64,000 nt of DNA. Origin: Heterodontus francisci (Eukaryota). Below, in pieces: positions 1 through 13,651 of the stretch. The translations under genes and the position numbers were made by a program. The DNA lies in the NCBI RefSeq assembly GCF_036365525.1, contig NC_090382.1, positions 110,580,372 through 110,644,371 on the forward strand, read 5' to 3'. The first letter of the stretch is position 1, and each line of letters begins with the position of its first letter. A model generated the notes under the pieces. It saw only the letters and a list, made by a program, of their open reading frames with translations. It made no database searches and was not told the origin of the DNA.

Positions 1-672
1 ACTCAGAAAATGAATGACGAGCCGCCCGCACGAATGCAATCTGTAGAATCTCACAATTGCAACCTGGGGCATGGCCAGTGTGTGGGCGGGGCCTGATCCT
101 GGTGAATTGAATCCTGAAGCAGCATAAAATGTCATGGAAATGACGAGCGTTAAGTGGTTTAGGTCACAACTCAATTACGCTTAAAATACCATGATCTTTT
201 GTGCAGATTTTTGACGATTCCAACAGATTGCACTGATTGCGTCAACTAGTGCAAATTCTACCATTATGTGTTTAGAAGTTACCGGCTGAAATCTCGTGAT
301 GCTATTCGGAGAAGTCAGGGATCTAGAGAATGACTGTGATGTTAACTGCTGAGACAAAGCTGTGTTCAATTTGACCTGTACCTTTAAGACCACTCCCCAA
401 GTCATTCTTGTAGATCCTTGGCTCAAACGGAAGCTAATTGTTTCTTTAAGTTCAAAGTAGCTAAGCTGTCCTGGCTCTCAAATAGTTGTCAAGTACTGCA
501 TGCATGCCAGCTTCCCTTCCATATTAGAATCTATTATGCACACACTACCTGTGTATTGAGGTATTCTAATTTGTTGTGTTTGTATTATTGGAGTGAAAGA
601 ACAAAAGATAGCAAGAAAGACTTGTATTTATATCGCATTTTTCATGACCACTGAATATCTCAAAATGCTTTA

Positions 673-3285
673 GAATCATAAAATCACAGAAGATTCATGG
701 CACAGAAAGAGACACTTGGCCCATTGTGTCTGTGCCGGCTGAAAAACGAGACGCAGCCTATCCCACCTTCCAGCATTTGGTCCATAGCCCTGCAGGTTAA
801 GACACTTGAGGTGCATATCCAGATGCCTTTTAAATGAGTTGAGAGTTTCTGCCTCTACTACCCTTCCAGACAGTGAGTTTCAAACCCCGACCACACTCTG
901 CGTGAAAAGGTTTTTCCTCTTCTCCCCTCTAATTTTTCTACCAATCACTTTAAATCTACGCCTCCTTGTCACTGACCTCTCTGTTAAGGTAAGTAGGTCC
1001 TTCACATCCACTCCATGCAGGCCCCTCACAGTTTTGTACATTTCAATCAAATCTCCCCTCAGCCATCTCTGTTCCAAGGAGAGCAACCCCACCCTATCCA
1101 ATCTTTCCTCATAGCTGCATTTTTCCGGTCCCGGCAACATCTTTGTAAATCTCCTCTGTACCTTCTCTAGTGCAATTACATCCTTTCTGTAATGAGGTGA
1201 CCAGAACTGCACACAGTACTCAAGTTGAGGCCTAGCCAATGATTTATACAGTTCCAGAATAACCTCCCTGCTCTTATATTCTATACCTCGGCTAATAAAG
1301 GAAGGGTTCCATATGCCTTCTTAACCACCTAATCAACCTGTCCTGCTTCCTTCAGGGATCTGTGAACATTCACTCCAAGGTCATGCGAACATACGAATTA
1401 GGAGCAGGAGTAGGCCACTTGGCCCTTCGAGCCTGCTCTGCCGTTCAATATGTTCATGGCTGAACTGATTACTCCACATTTCCACTTCCCCCAATAACGG
1501 TCCACTTCTTTGCTTATCAAGAATCTATCCACCGCTGCCTTAAAAATATTCAAAGACTCTGCTTCCACCGGCTTTTGAGGAAGAGAATTCCAAAGACTCA
1601 CAACCCTCTGAGAGCAAAAATTTCTCCTCATCTCTGTCTTAAATGGGCGACTCCTTATTTTTAAACAGTGACCTCTAGTTCTAGATTCTCCCACATCCAC
1701 CCTGTCAAGACCCCTCAGGATCTTATATGTTTCAATCAAGTCGCCTCGTACTCTTCCAAATTCCACCTGATACAAGCCTAGCCTGTCCAATCTTTCCTCC
1801 AAGACAGTAAGACAGCCCGCCCATTCCAGGTATTAGTCTCGTAAGCCTTCTCTGTACTGCCTCCAATGCATTTACATCCTTCCTTAAATAAGGAGACCAG
1901 TACTGTACACAATACTCCAGATGTGGTCTCACCAATTCCCTGTATCGCTGAAGCATAACCTCCCTATTTTGCATTTACTTCCCCTCGCGATAAACGATAA
2001 CATTCTATTAGCTTTCCTAATTATGTGCTGTACCTGCATACTAACCTTTTGCGATTCATGCACTGGGACACCCAGATCCCTCTGCATCTCAGAGCTTTGC
2101 AATCTCTCACCATTTAGATAATATGCTTCTTTTTTATTCTTCCTGCCAAAGTGGACAATTGCACATTTTCCCATATTATACTCCATTTGCCAGGTCTTTG
2201 CCCACTCACTTAGCCTATCGCTATCCCTTTGTAGCCCCCTTATGTCCTCTTCACAACTTACTTTTCTACCTATCTTTGTGTCATCAGCAAATTTAGCAAC
2301 CATACCTTCAGTCCCTTCATCTAAGTCATTTATATAAATTGTAAAAAGTTGAAGCCCCAGCACAGATCCCTGTGGCACACCACTTGTTACATCTTGCCAA
2401 CCAGTAAATGACCCATTTATGCCTACTCTCTGTTTCCCGTTAGCGAGCCAATCTTCTATCCATGCCAATATGTTACCCCCTACACCATGAGCTTTTATTT
2501 TTGCAATAACCTTTGATGTGTCACTTTATCAAATGCCTTCTGGAAATCTAAGTACAATACATCCACCAGTTCCTCTTTATCCACAGCACATGTAACTCCC
2601 TCAAAGAACTTCCATAAATTGGTTAAACATAATTTCCCTTTCGCAAAACCATGTTGACTCTGCCTGATTACCTTGACTTTTTCTAAATGCCCTGCTATAA
2701 CATCTGTAATAAAAGCTTCTAACATTTTCCCTAAGACAGACGTTAAGCTAACTGGCCTGTTGTTTCCTGCTTTCTGTCTCCCTCCCTTTTTAATTAAAGG
2801 AGCTACATTAGCTATTTTCCAATCTAACGGAACCTTCCCTGAATCTAGGGAATTTTGGAAAATTAAAACTAACGCATCAACTATCTCACTCACCACTTCT
2901 TTTAACACCCTAGGATGAAGTCCATCAGGACACGGGGAGTTGTTAGCCCACAGCTCCAACAAGGTCCCTCACTTCCTCGACACCTCTTGTTTTTCTTCCA
3001 TTAATCATGTATTCCTTTGCCTTGTTTGACCCTCCCAAATGCATCACCTCACACTTCTTCAGGTTGAATTCCATTTGCCACTTTTCTGCCCAAATGACCA
3101 GTCCATTGATATCTTCTTGCAGTCTACAGCTGTTCTCTTCACTATCAATCACACAGCCAATTTTTGTGTCATCTGCAAACTTCTTGATCATGTCCTCTAC
3201 GTTTATGTCCAAATCATTAATATATATCACAAGAAGCAGGGGACCTGGTACTGAGCCCTGCGGAGTGCCACTGGAAACAGCTTTA
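673..3285 (-). mobile_element. CR1 LINE 3' part (673-1382 and ~2958-3285), interrupted by a second CR1
   Basis: ORFs 880..1239 (RPQLEYCVQFWSPHY) and 2943..3230 (YINDLD..KFADDTK) are colinear CR1 ORF2 pieces. Confidence 0.85.
1388..2957 (-). mobile_element. CR1 LINE (5'-truncated, frameshifted RT), nested
   Basis: ORFs 2495..2962, 1929..2468 (SGVPQGSVLG, FADDTK), 1732..1974 and 1398..1802; CAAGGTC on both flanks. Confidence 0.9.
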
Positions 3286-4529
3286 CAGCTAATGAAGTAC
3301 TTTTTGAAGTGTAATCACTGTTGTAATGCAGGAAAAGCAGCAGCCAATTTGCACACAGCAAGCTCCCACAGACAGCAATGTGATAATGACCAGATAATCT
3401 GTTTTTGGTAAAGTTGATTGAGGGATAAATATTGGCCTGGACAGCAGGGATAACTGCCCTGCTATTCTTCGAAATAGTGCCATTGGATCTTTAATATTTA
3501 GCTGAACAGGCAGATGGGGCATCAGTTTAATGCCACATCTAAAAGAGAGCACCTCTGACAGTGCAACATTCCCTCAGTACTGCACTGAAGTGTCAGCCTT
3601 GATTTTTGTGCTCAAGCACTGGCATTGAAACACCACTTTTTAACACCTTAGGACATCCCAAAGCACTTTACAGCCAAATATGTACTTTTTCAGTGCAGTC
3701 ACTGATGTAATGTCGGAAAGATGGCCGCCAGTTTGAGCATAGCAAGATCCCACAAACAGCAATGTGAAATCCCCAGATCATCTCGTCTTTAGGCACCCCT
3801 TGTGGTGGAGTAGTAGAAGTAGGTACTTAAGATTCTTAAATAAGATTAGTTTAATAAAAATAGAGAATTTAATAAGATGCAGCTTTTTAAAAGTTTTTTT
3901 TATTTTTAAATGACAGCAAACATAAATTTAAGAAGTAATTTAGAACACCAAATTTGCTTCTCTTGTTTGTTTCATTATAATTGCAATTATTATTAACTGT
4001 ATACGCAGTTGCACATCTGACGGTAGGAAAATATGTTCATAATTTGCTGCTCTGTTAGAACCAGCACAGCACTAGAGGGTGGGTTTCCTAAATGACTAAA
4101 GAGAATTTCAAAATTCAAAAAAACAATAGCAATTGGTAACTTAGAGCACAGTGTTATACTAGAGGTGCCAGCTTTAGATCAATACCTGCTTAGATTGATG
4201 TGGGGGTCAGCAGACCTAAGTTATAACACTGGCTCCACATCACTCACTGACAAGAGAAAACTGTGCCGTGCACAGGCAGAGCTCCACTCACTGATTGAAT
4301 TCCAACATTTACAAAGAGCCAGCTGTCCCTAGTCTTTCTGTTACCAATAAAAAGATTCAAAATGAAATGTAAAAAGTTGCTAGGTGATAGTATAATATAT
4401 TTTGAAACTTTTACAATTTCACTACATGCTGATTGCTGCTATTGGACAGCCCCCAAAACTAAAAAGGTACAAGACTGTTGTGCTGAAACTGCTTTTGCAT
4501 TGCCTGCCAAAATTCAATAGCTTATTAAT

Positions 4530-5340
4530 TTATTTTCCGGATGTGGATGCTGCAGGCAAGACCACATTTATTGGTCATCCCTAGTTGTCCTGAGGAGGTG
4601 GTGGTGGTGGTGGTGGGTCTTCTTTTTAGATTATTGCAATGTCGGTGTGCCCTTGCATCAGGTTGGAATTCCAGGATATCAATTCAGTGATGATGAAGGA
4701 ATGATGATACATGTCCAAGTCAGGCTGGTGTGTAACTTGGATGGGAACATGGAGGTGGCAGTGTTGTCATAACTTTGCTGCTGTTGGTCCCCTTGGTGGC
4801 AAAGAAAAGAAAGCACTTGCATTTATATAGCATCTTTCATGACCTCAAGATGTCCCAAAACACTTTACAGCCAATTAAATACTTTATAAGCGTCATCATG
4901 GTTGTAATGTAGGAAACAAGTAGCCAATTTGTGCACAGTAAGCTCTCACACACAGCAAAGTGAAAATGACTGATGTTGATTGAGGGATAAGTATTGGCTA
5001 GGATACTGAGAATAACTCCCCTATTCTTCTTTGTAAAGCATTATAGGAGCTTTAATATCCACCTTAGAGAGTAGATGGATCCTTCGATTTAATTTCTCAT
5101 CGAAAAGACTACACATCCAACACTCCCTCTTGTACTGCATTGGAGTATCAGTTTTTGCTTGCAATTTTCTGGAGTGGGACTTGAATCCACAGCCTTATGA
5201 TTTCAGGGCATGAGTGCTACATTCTGAGCCATGGATGACAGCAGAAGTGATAGTGTGGGAGGTGACATTGAAGTGTGGCAAGTTGCTGCAGTGCATCCTG
5301 TAGATATCACATGCTGCAGCCACAATGTGCTGGTGATAGA
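4530..5340 (-). mobile_element. 3' fragment of a second CR1-type family, with a Deu-SINE (~4801-5240) inserted
   Basis: 3' end similar to the reverse complement of 28450-28815; SINE body runs from tail aaagcacttgcatttatatag to a tRNA-like head. Confidence 0.6.
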
Positions 5341-5429
5341 ACAGGTGTAACACAGTGTAATTGGCCATTATTTTACTGGCCTTGGGTAATAAACATGATT
5401 GGTCAAAGTCCTATCAAGCTTGAGATAAA

Positions 5430-6150
5430 ACCCCAGATTTTGCAATGCCAGCGAAGGAATGACGCTTGGTATTCACATTACAGATGCAGTTGCCCACAAA
5501 TTTCTATGGGTCTCAGAGTGGCAACATGTGGATTCTAGAGATCCTATTCAGCACACCCCCCTCTACAGGGGATCTGTGGAGCATGCAAGCAAGGCAAGCA
5601 ATGGCATGTCTCTTCAACCAATCAGATTGAAGAATCCTCACTGAGACACACAGAATCTGAACCAGCAAGTAAAAATTAGAATATTTATTTCAAGGTAAAA
5701 TCATGTACAGAAAGCAAAGAAAGGGACAGAAAGATGGGACTGAGGGAGAGTTAAGAGAAACAGATTTTTTTTAAAAAAAAGCTCGAACTGTAATTAAAAT
5801 CTGGAGGAATGAGACTCCATATTTTCAGTGCTAGAGGTTGTTTGCGAGTAATTGTGATTTAACATGCTGTTAAAAATTCACTTACACCTGAATGCACAAG
5901 ACCTAACTTTTTCTGGCATGTTTAGTAGGTAACTAGTGGGTAGATACAGTAACTTCACACCATTCATGTATTTCAATTCTGAGTCTCTCAGTGAGGTACC
6001 AGTGTAGTGAATCTTGTGGAGGAGCAGGCAAATCAGATGGCAACTGCTTGTTTCCACGTTGAACTGCACATATGCAGAAACTGGAAGTTGCTATCTGATT
6101 TACTGCATAATAACTGTGTGCACTGCTAGTCTTAATGCAAAGTCTGAACC
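5430..6150. mobile_element. Old non-autonomous TIR element (MITE-like)
   Basis: Degenerate terminal inverted repeats ccagattttgcaat ... atgcaaagtctgaacc; no coding capacity. Confidence 0.4.
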
Positions 6151-6319
6151 AATAGATTGCATTGTTTCCTGGTAGATACCAACAGTCTGTAGTTTCAGTG
6201 AGCAACATTTGTGTGCAGGCTATTAAAAATTTGAAATTACAGAATGACTATATTCTGGAAGTATCCACTGAAGATCATGATGCAAAGTAGTTGCTGACAT
6301 CATGAAATACATAGAGAAT

Positions 6320-6414
6320 TCTTTCTTTCTTTGGCCTTCTTGTCTCGAGAGACAATGAGTAAACGCCTGGAGGTGGTCAGTGGTTTGTGGAGCAGCGCCT
6401 GGAGTGGCTATAAA
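6320..6414 (-). mobile_element. RTE LINE 3' terminal fragment
   Basis: Reverse complement closely matches 12162-12258, the 3' end of the RTE copy. Confidence 0.85.
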
Positions 6415-6970
6415 GAATTATAGAATTATAAAATGATATAGCACAGATGGAGGTAATTTGGCCCATCATGCCTGTGGTGGCTCTTTGCAAGAGCTATCCA
6501 CTTAATCCAACTCCTTGGAAGTTTCCTCATAGCCCTGTAAATATTTTCCATTGAAGTATTTATCTAATTCTTTCTTGGGCACTGTTATTGGGCCTGCTTC
6601 CATCAGCCTTTCAGGCAGTGCATTCAGATCTGCCTAAAAAAAGGTTCCTCATGTTGCCTTTGATTCTTTTGTCGATTACCTTCAGTCTGTTTCTTCTGGT
6701 TACTGACCCTCCTGCTGCTGGATGCATTTTCTCTCTATTTACTTGATCGAAACAACTCCAGTTTCTCCAGCCTCTCCACATAACTGAAGTCCATTGTCCC
6801 TGGTACCATTCTAGTAAATCTGTTCTGAATATCCTCCAAGGGCTGGACATTCTTCCTCAGGCATGTTGCCCAGAATTGAACACAATACTTCCTCTGAGAC
6901 CAAACCAGTGATTTATAAAAGTTTAGCATAACTTCCTTGTTTTTTATTCTATTCCTCTAGTGATAAAGCC
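6415..6970 (-). mobile_element. Degenerate CR1 3' fragment
   Basis: ORF 6735..6929 (YCVQFW..RFTRMVPG) and an attctat-type tail. Confidence 0.8.
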
Positions 6971-8324
6971 ATTTTCTAAATAAATAATGATAAGAAACAA
7001 GGTGTGACATAGATTTAGCACATGTAATATACTTTTTTATTTATGAAACTTGGGCATGAAACCAGGTGAGACTGCTGGGATAAAAATCTCTTCTCATTAT
7101 TGTTCTGGCTGTAAGGATGCTGCAGTAAAAGAGTTTGGGGAACCTGACTGTAGTTCTCAGCCAGCGTGAGTCCACAACTCAAAACACAACAACATGATTT
7201 GAGATTGGCTTTGAGCCACATTGGGGTAAAAATAATTCTCTAGTCACTTTGTGCAATGACATGGTAAATGAATTCATGAACTGCTCTGCTTGGCGTCTCC
7301 ACTGAGATTGTAAATGTGTTCCTTTCGAATGTGTTTTCTAGTAACAACCAACAGAGGAAGCCTTCATGGATGCATTTCTGATGTTGCTACATGCAGTGAA
7401 GACAAGAAAGCTTGAAGAACAATAAAGTTGCATTTATTTGTTTTATTCCATTGTTGGACAGAGTGGGGGACTCATTAATCTGCATCTAATCCATGATATA
7501 TATCTTGTTCTGTGTATTCTATTCCAAGCACTCACATCACTTCCATAAACACAAAACTATGTTTTTTGAAGTCCAAAAGAAAAGGAATGATGACAGTGGG
7601 ATTGCGTCTGTGATATGATTGGCTTCCTGTGAAATTGTGTTCAGACTGTGACTATTTAGAAACACTGCAGGTAACATCTGTAAAGCTGCAGTGAATCGTT
7701 TACTGTGGTAGGCTTCAAGTACAGTTTTATTATTTGTATAATATTCACTGATTATTATTATTTTTAAAAACCACCTCACCACAATGAAGTATGAATGCTT
7801 AGTCATCTCAAGTTCCTTTACAACAACAGGAACCTGGAAAAGCAAAGGACGGAACGTTTCCTTTCTTAAAGGGACATTAGTGAACCAGTAGAATTTAAAT
7901 GGTAATCCAAGATTATCATGGTCACTTTTACTGATACTAATTTATTTACAGATTTTTAAACCAAATTCACGTATACAAACTGGAATGTGAGCTGCATACC
8001 CTGGATTATTGGATCACGAACATAACCACTATAATATCATGCCCCTTACAATATCATGCCTCTCTACTTAAACACGCTTTGCCAAGACATCACGAGAGCA
8101 GGGGCTATTCAGGCAAAAGTTGGTTCGCTTTAAAGTAATTTGAGATAGATTACTTCCTACAGCTAAAACCTGCCTGGTTACATTTTCAACGGGGCACACA
8201 GACAAGTGGGTATTGCTGAACCGGTACTTTGAAAATCCCGCTTGCGTTTGGCTTTGTCCAATGCCAGTTGTTAGTTGTTCATATGACTAGCGACCGTTTG
8301 GAAAATCTGTTCCTTGTTCCCTAG

Positions 8325-8717
8325 GGGACGATGACCAGTGAAACTGCAAACACTAGTCATTGTTCGAACAAATGCCGGACGCTTCTCAACAGACTTATGC
8401 ATCAGTGCCTCATTGATAAACTAAGCAGCCGGTCTAACGAATTGGGATCGTCGATTTCACTGTCAAAAGAGCCCAGATTGTTACGGTGGGTATCTTTGAA
8501 TGGAAGAAGATCCCATTCATCCGAGCCAGAAGCTTCAAGTGCCTGTGAAGGGCGAGGTCAGCAGTGTACTCCGAAAACATTGAACTCAATCGCCTCGACT
8601 ATTGCAAAAGAATTAATTAATACACAAAACGATATTACCCTGAACAGATTGTCGACATTGCCGATATATTTAATAAAACTCATCCTGATAATGCTGAATT
8701 CGCCCTTTTTAAAATAA
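8325..8717 (+). other. Candidate terminal coding exon of an upstream gene (unidentified)
   Basis: Acceptor tgttccttgttccctag|G at 8324/8325 opens a 130-codon frame in non-repeat, CpG-retaining DNA; AATAAA at 8713-8718 overlaps the stop. Confidence 0.3.
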
Positions 8718-8964
8718 AAGATTCCCAGAGTGTACTCTCCTCAATGTTAGTGTATATCGATTCAACGTGAAGTTTGGGCAAGTTTGCTTTGAAAGTAAGA
8801 AGACAGTTGGCTGTTAAACACGATGAAAAAAGATTGCGATGAACTTTAACAGATATTAATTGTGTGGGATTATGCAGAGATTCCGAACATTTGGGTCATA
8901 CAAGTATTCTTATTAAAAAGTCGAGTGAAGATCAGTACATTTCGATGGATGAATCATATATAAT

Positions 8965-9055
8965 TAAAAACAGAAGAAAATGGAAACATACGGGCCAAGC
9001 AGCATCTAAAAACATCAGACGTGACATTTCTACTGTGTAGCCTTCATCAGAACTG
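8965..9055 (-). mobile_element. Degenerate Penelope terminal-repeat fragment with hammerhead-like motif
   Basis: Minus strand reads agttCTGATGAaggctacacagtaGAAAtgTC, followed by degenerate pLTR sequence. Confidence 0.55.
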
Positions 9056-9072
9056 GCGTTCAAAATAATTTA

Positions 9073-9256
9073 AGGTAAATTGGCCATTATAAATTGTCAC
9101 TAGTATAGGTAGGTGGTAGGGCAATATAGGGACAGGTGGGGATGTTTGGTAGGAATATGGGATTAGTGTAGGATTAGTATAAATGGGTGGTTGATGGTCG
9201 GCACAGACTCGGTGGGCCGAAGGGCCTGTTTCAGTGCTGTATCTCTAATCTAATCT
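9073..9256 (+). mobile_element. V-SINE (HE1-like) 3' half
   Basis: Near-identical to 62020-62208; (ATCTA)n tail. Confidence 0.85.
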
Positions 9257-9633
9257 TAACTTATAATTATGCTAAAAAGTGATTTGGAACATGAGTATTT
9301 CATTGTTGTAAACTTGCAAAATGACAGCCAATTTTCACACTGCAAGCTCCCACGGATAGTAATGTGATAAATGACGAGATAATCTTAGTTAGACATTTGG
9401 CCAAAATACTCGGGAGAGACCAACAGGATTTTTAAAGTACCAGTTTCAGCAATATCCACTTGTCTGGGTCCCCTTTTGAAAATTCAACCAGTGAGGTTTT
9501 ACCTACAGCAAGTAATGAGTATTCACTTATTTACCGTCTTTGGTTCGAAAATAACACGGTATTGGTGGAACGTATTATTTGTAAAGTTGTAAGTATATTA
9601 GTTAACCACAGAATTGTACTGAAAATCTATCAC

Positions 9634-11485
9634 TGTGTCAGCCTTGGCTCGGTTAGTAGCACTCTCATCTTTGAGATTTGCGCCCCATAATCCAAGTGGA
9701 CACTCCCAATGCCAGTACTGAAGGTGTGCTGTATTGTTGGCGGTTCTGTCTTTCTGATGAGATATTGAACTAAGATGCTTGCGTTTCAGGTGGATTGAAA
9801 AGATACCACGGCTCTTTTTCAAAGAGCGGCAGAGATCTCCCCGGTGTTCTGACCAAAACTAGCATTTCGAAAAATATAACTAGCCATTTCCCGCATTGCC
9901 AATTGAGAGACTTGCTGTGTGCATGTTGGCTGCAGCGGTTCCTAGGTTACAACAGTGATGACATTTCAAAATTAATTCATTGGTTGTAAAGCACTTAGGG
10001 AACATCCTGAGCCCACAAAAGGCTTTGAGATATGTCGAGCATTCTTTGTTCCAGTCCTACTCAGGCCCCCTCCCCCAACTCTTTTTCCGGTACATTGATG
10101 ACTGTATCGGTGCCGTTTCCTGCTCCCGCCCTGAACTGGAAAACGTTATCAACTTTGCTTCCAATTTCCACCCTTCTCTCACCTTTACATGGTCCATCTC
10201 TGACACTTCCCTTCCCTTCCTCGACTTCTCTGTCTCCATCTCTGGGGATAGGTTGTCTACTAATATCCATTATAAGCCCACCGACTCCCACAGCTACCTC
10301 GACTACACTTATTCACACCCTACCTCCTGTAAGGACTCCATTCCATTCTCCCAGTTTCTCTGTCTTCGACGCATCTGCTCTGATGATGCTCCCTTCCATG
10401 ACGGTGCTTCTGGTATGACCTCCTTTTTCCCCAACCGAGGATTCCCCCCCACTGTTGTTGACAGGGCCCTCAACCGTGTCCGGCCCATTTCCCGCACCTC
10501 TGCCCTCAACCTTTCCCCTCCCTCCCAGAACCGTGACAGGGTTCCCCTTGTCTTCACTTTCCATCCCATCAGCCTCCATATCCAAAGGATCATCCTCCAC
10601 CATTTCCACCACCTCCAGCGTGATGCCACTACCAAACGCATCTTCCCCTCCCTTCCCCTGTCAGCATTCCGAAGGGATCGTTCCCTCCGTGACACCCTGG
10701 TCCACTCCTCCATTACCCCCACCACCTCGTCCCCATCCCAGGGCACCTTCCCTTGCAATCACAGGAGGTGTAATACCTGCCCATTTACCTCCTCTCTCCT
10801 CACTATCCCGGGCCCCAAACACTGCTTTCAGGTGAAGCAGCGATTTACTTGTACTTCTTTCAATGTAGTACTGTATTCGCTGCTCACAATGTGGTCTCCT
10901 CTACATTGGGGAGACCAAGCGCAGACTGAGTGACCATTTTGCGGAACATCTCCGCTCGGTCCGCAAGCAGGACCCTGAGCTTCCGGTTGCTTGCCATTTC
11001 AACACTCCCCCCCTGCTCTCATGCTCACATCTCTGTCCTGGGATTGCTGCAGTGTTCCAGTGAACATCAATGCAAGCTCGAGGAACAGCATCTCATCTAC
11101 CGATTAGGCACACTACAGCCTGCTGGACTGAACATTGAGTTCAATAATTTCACAGCATGACAGCTCCCCATTTTACTTTCATTTTTAGTTGTTTTTTCTT
11201 TTTTTTGCATTTTTTACAACCTTTTTTTTGCATTTATTTCATTTCATCTTAGTTTGTTCAGTTTGCTTACCCACTTTTTTTTCCTGTTTGCACTTGCTGC
11301 TGTTCAATATTCAGTTAATATTTGTCAGTTCCGAAGAAGGGTCACTGACCCAAAACGTTAACTCTGCTTCTCTTTCCACAGATGCTGCCAGACCTGCTGA
11401 GTGTTCCAGCATTTCTTGTTTTTATTTCAGATTTCCAGCATCTGCAGTATTTTGCTTTTATTTATATAAAGGCAAATCTCTTTTA
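9634..11485 (+). mobile_element. Deu-SINE (9634-~10025 plus tail 11463-11485), split by a Penelope insertion
   Basis: tRNA-like head tgtcagccttggctcggttagtagcactc and Deu core; tail resumes as tatataaaggcaaatctcttt. Confidence 0.7.
10028..11462 (+). mobile_element. Penelope-like retroelement (Neptune type), 5'-truncated: RT C-terminus, Cys linker, GIY-YIG endonuclease, pLTR
   Basis: FFRYIDD, LPFLDFSV, YKPTDSHSYLDY, FPCNHRRCNTC; after a frameshift near 10870, YCIRCSQCGLLYIGETKRRLSDHFAEH; then QPAGLNIEF. Confidence 0.92.
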
Positions 11486-11750
11486 GCCCTTTGAGTACCT
11501 ATTTTCCTAAGTAAACTACAAGAACGCACTTTTAAAGCATATCTTCATATTTAAAATGACTTTCTGCATATTTACTCAAAGCTAAAAATGACAGAAGACC
11601 AGTCAACAACAATTTGCATTTATATTGCACCTTTAAACGGATACAATGTCCCAAACACTTTACGGCAGTGTTATCAAACAAAATTTGACACTAAGATACA
11701 TAAGGTGATATTGGGGCAGATGACCAAAAGCTTGATCAAAGAGGTAGGTT

Positions 11751-12262
11751 TGCAGAAGTTCTCGAGGTGGCCAACATCCCCAGCCTACTGAACCAATGGC
11801 GCTTGAGATGGCTTGGCCACGTGAGCCGCATGGAAGATGGTAGGATCCTCAAGGATGCATTGTACAGAGAGCTCGTCACTGGTATCAGATCCACCGGCCG
11901 TCCATGTCTCCGCTTTAAAGACATCTGCAAACGCAACACTAAGTCCTGTGACATTGACCACAAGTTGTGGGAGTCAGTTGCCAGTGATCGCCAGAGTTGG
12001 CGGACAGCCATAAAGGCGGGGCTAAAGAGTGGCGAGTCGAAGAGACTTAGCAGTTGGCAGGAAAAAAGACAGAATTGCAAGGAGAGAGCAAACTGTGTAA
12101 CAGCCCCGACAACCAATTTTATCTGCAGCGCCTGTGAAAGAGCCTGTCACTCCAGAATTGGCCTTGATAGCCACTCCAGGCGCCACTCCACAAACCACTG
12201 ACCACCTCCAGGTGCTTACCCATTGTCTGTCGAGACAAGGAGGCCAAAGAAGAAAGAAGAAG
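11751..12262 (+). mobile_element. RTE (BovB-like) LINE 3' fragment
   Basis: RLRWLGHVSRMEDGRILKDALY..GRPCLRFKD, C-terminal C2H2 CSACERACHSRIGLDSH, and a (GAA)n tail. Confidence 0.9.
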
Positions 12263-13651
12263 ATTAAAGGAGGAAAGCGAGGTAGAGAGTTTAGGAGGTT
12301 TAGCAAGGGAATTTCTGAGCCAAGGGCCTTGGCAGCTGAAGGCATAGTCGCCAATGGTGGAGCAATGAAAATCGGGGATGTTCAAGAGACCAGAACTGGA
12401 GGAGTTCAGATATCTTAGAGGATGATAGCCTAGAAGAGGTTAATGAGATAGGGAAGGGTGAGGCCATGGAGGGAGCCAATGTTGGCCAATGAACAAAGGG
12501 GAGATGGGTGAACAGAACTTGGTTTGAATTAGTACATGGGCAGCAGAGTTTTGCATAATCTCAAGTGTACAGAGGTTAGAAAATGGGAGGCTGGCCAGGG
12601 TTGTGTTGAAATAGATAATTCTAGGGGAAACAAAGGCAAGGATGAGGGGCTCAGCTGCAGATGAGCTGAGGCAGAGGCAGGCAGGGACAGGACTTGGTCA
12701 ATGTCATGGAAGTGGTCTTAGCAATGGTGCAGAAAAATGGTTGGAAGCTGATCTTAAGGCCACATATGACACAAGATTGTGAACTGTCCAGTTCAGCATC
12801 AGAGAATTGCCAGGGAGATGGATGCAGTCATTAGTTAGGGAACGGAGCTTGTGTTGGGGACCGAAGACAATGACTTTGGTCTTCTATATATTTAGTTGGA
12901 GGAAGTTTGTGTTCACCCAGTACTGGATCTCAGACAAATTGTGTGACAATTTAAAGGCAGTGGAGGGGCCAAGAGAGGAGCTGGTGAGGTGAGGTAAAGC
13001 TTAGCATTGTCAGTATATATATGGAAACTGTAGCCATATTTTCTGATGTTGTCACTGACAGATAGCAAATAGATGAGAAATAGGAGGGGACTAAGGATAG
13101 ATTCTTGAGGGGTACCAGAGGTAAGGATGCGGGGCTGGGAAGAGAAGCTTTTGCGGGGTTTTTTTTCGCTATGACTGGATAGATAAAAATGGAACAACGT
13201 GAATACAGCCCGACCAAGCTGGCTGACACTGGAGAGGAGGATGGTGTGGTCAACTGTGTCAAAGGCTGCAGACAGGTTGAGAAAGATGAGGAGCGATAGT
13301 TTACCTTTGTTACAGTCACAAAGGATGTGATTTGTGCTTTAGATGAAAGCTGATACTGTAATAGGTACTTTAGCAGGGAGGCAAGCCTGATTGGAGGGAT
13401 TCAAACATGGAGTTCTGGGAAAGATAGGTATGAACTTGGGAGGTTCAAGGACTTTGGAGAGAAAAGGGAGATTGGATAATAGTTTTCAAGGACAGAAGAG
13501 TCAAGGTTTGATTTTCGAGGACAGGCATGATGATAGCAGATTTAGAGGAGAGGGGGTAACAGTACCTGAGGAGAGAAGACCATTAACAATATCAGCTAAT
13601 GTGGGAGCCGTGGATGGAAGTTGGGTGGTCAGCAATGTTCCTGATAAACTG

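Larger units (their letters stand above)
613..3625 (-). mobile_element. Deu-domain SINE (SacSINE1-like), split: tail 613-672 and body ~3280-3625
   Basis: Tail aagaaagacttgtatttatatcgc and the Deu core continue either side of nested CR1s; GCTTTA is repeated at both junctions (TSD-like). Confidence 0.7.

Noticed and set aside
7529-7670. DDSG-containing frame and CAG|GTAACA donor as a CM1-like exon
   Set aside because: All frames contain stops before the donor
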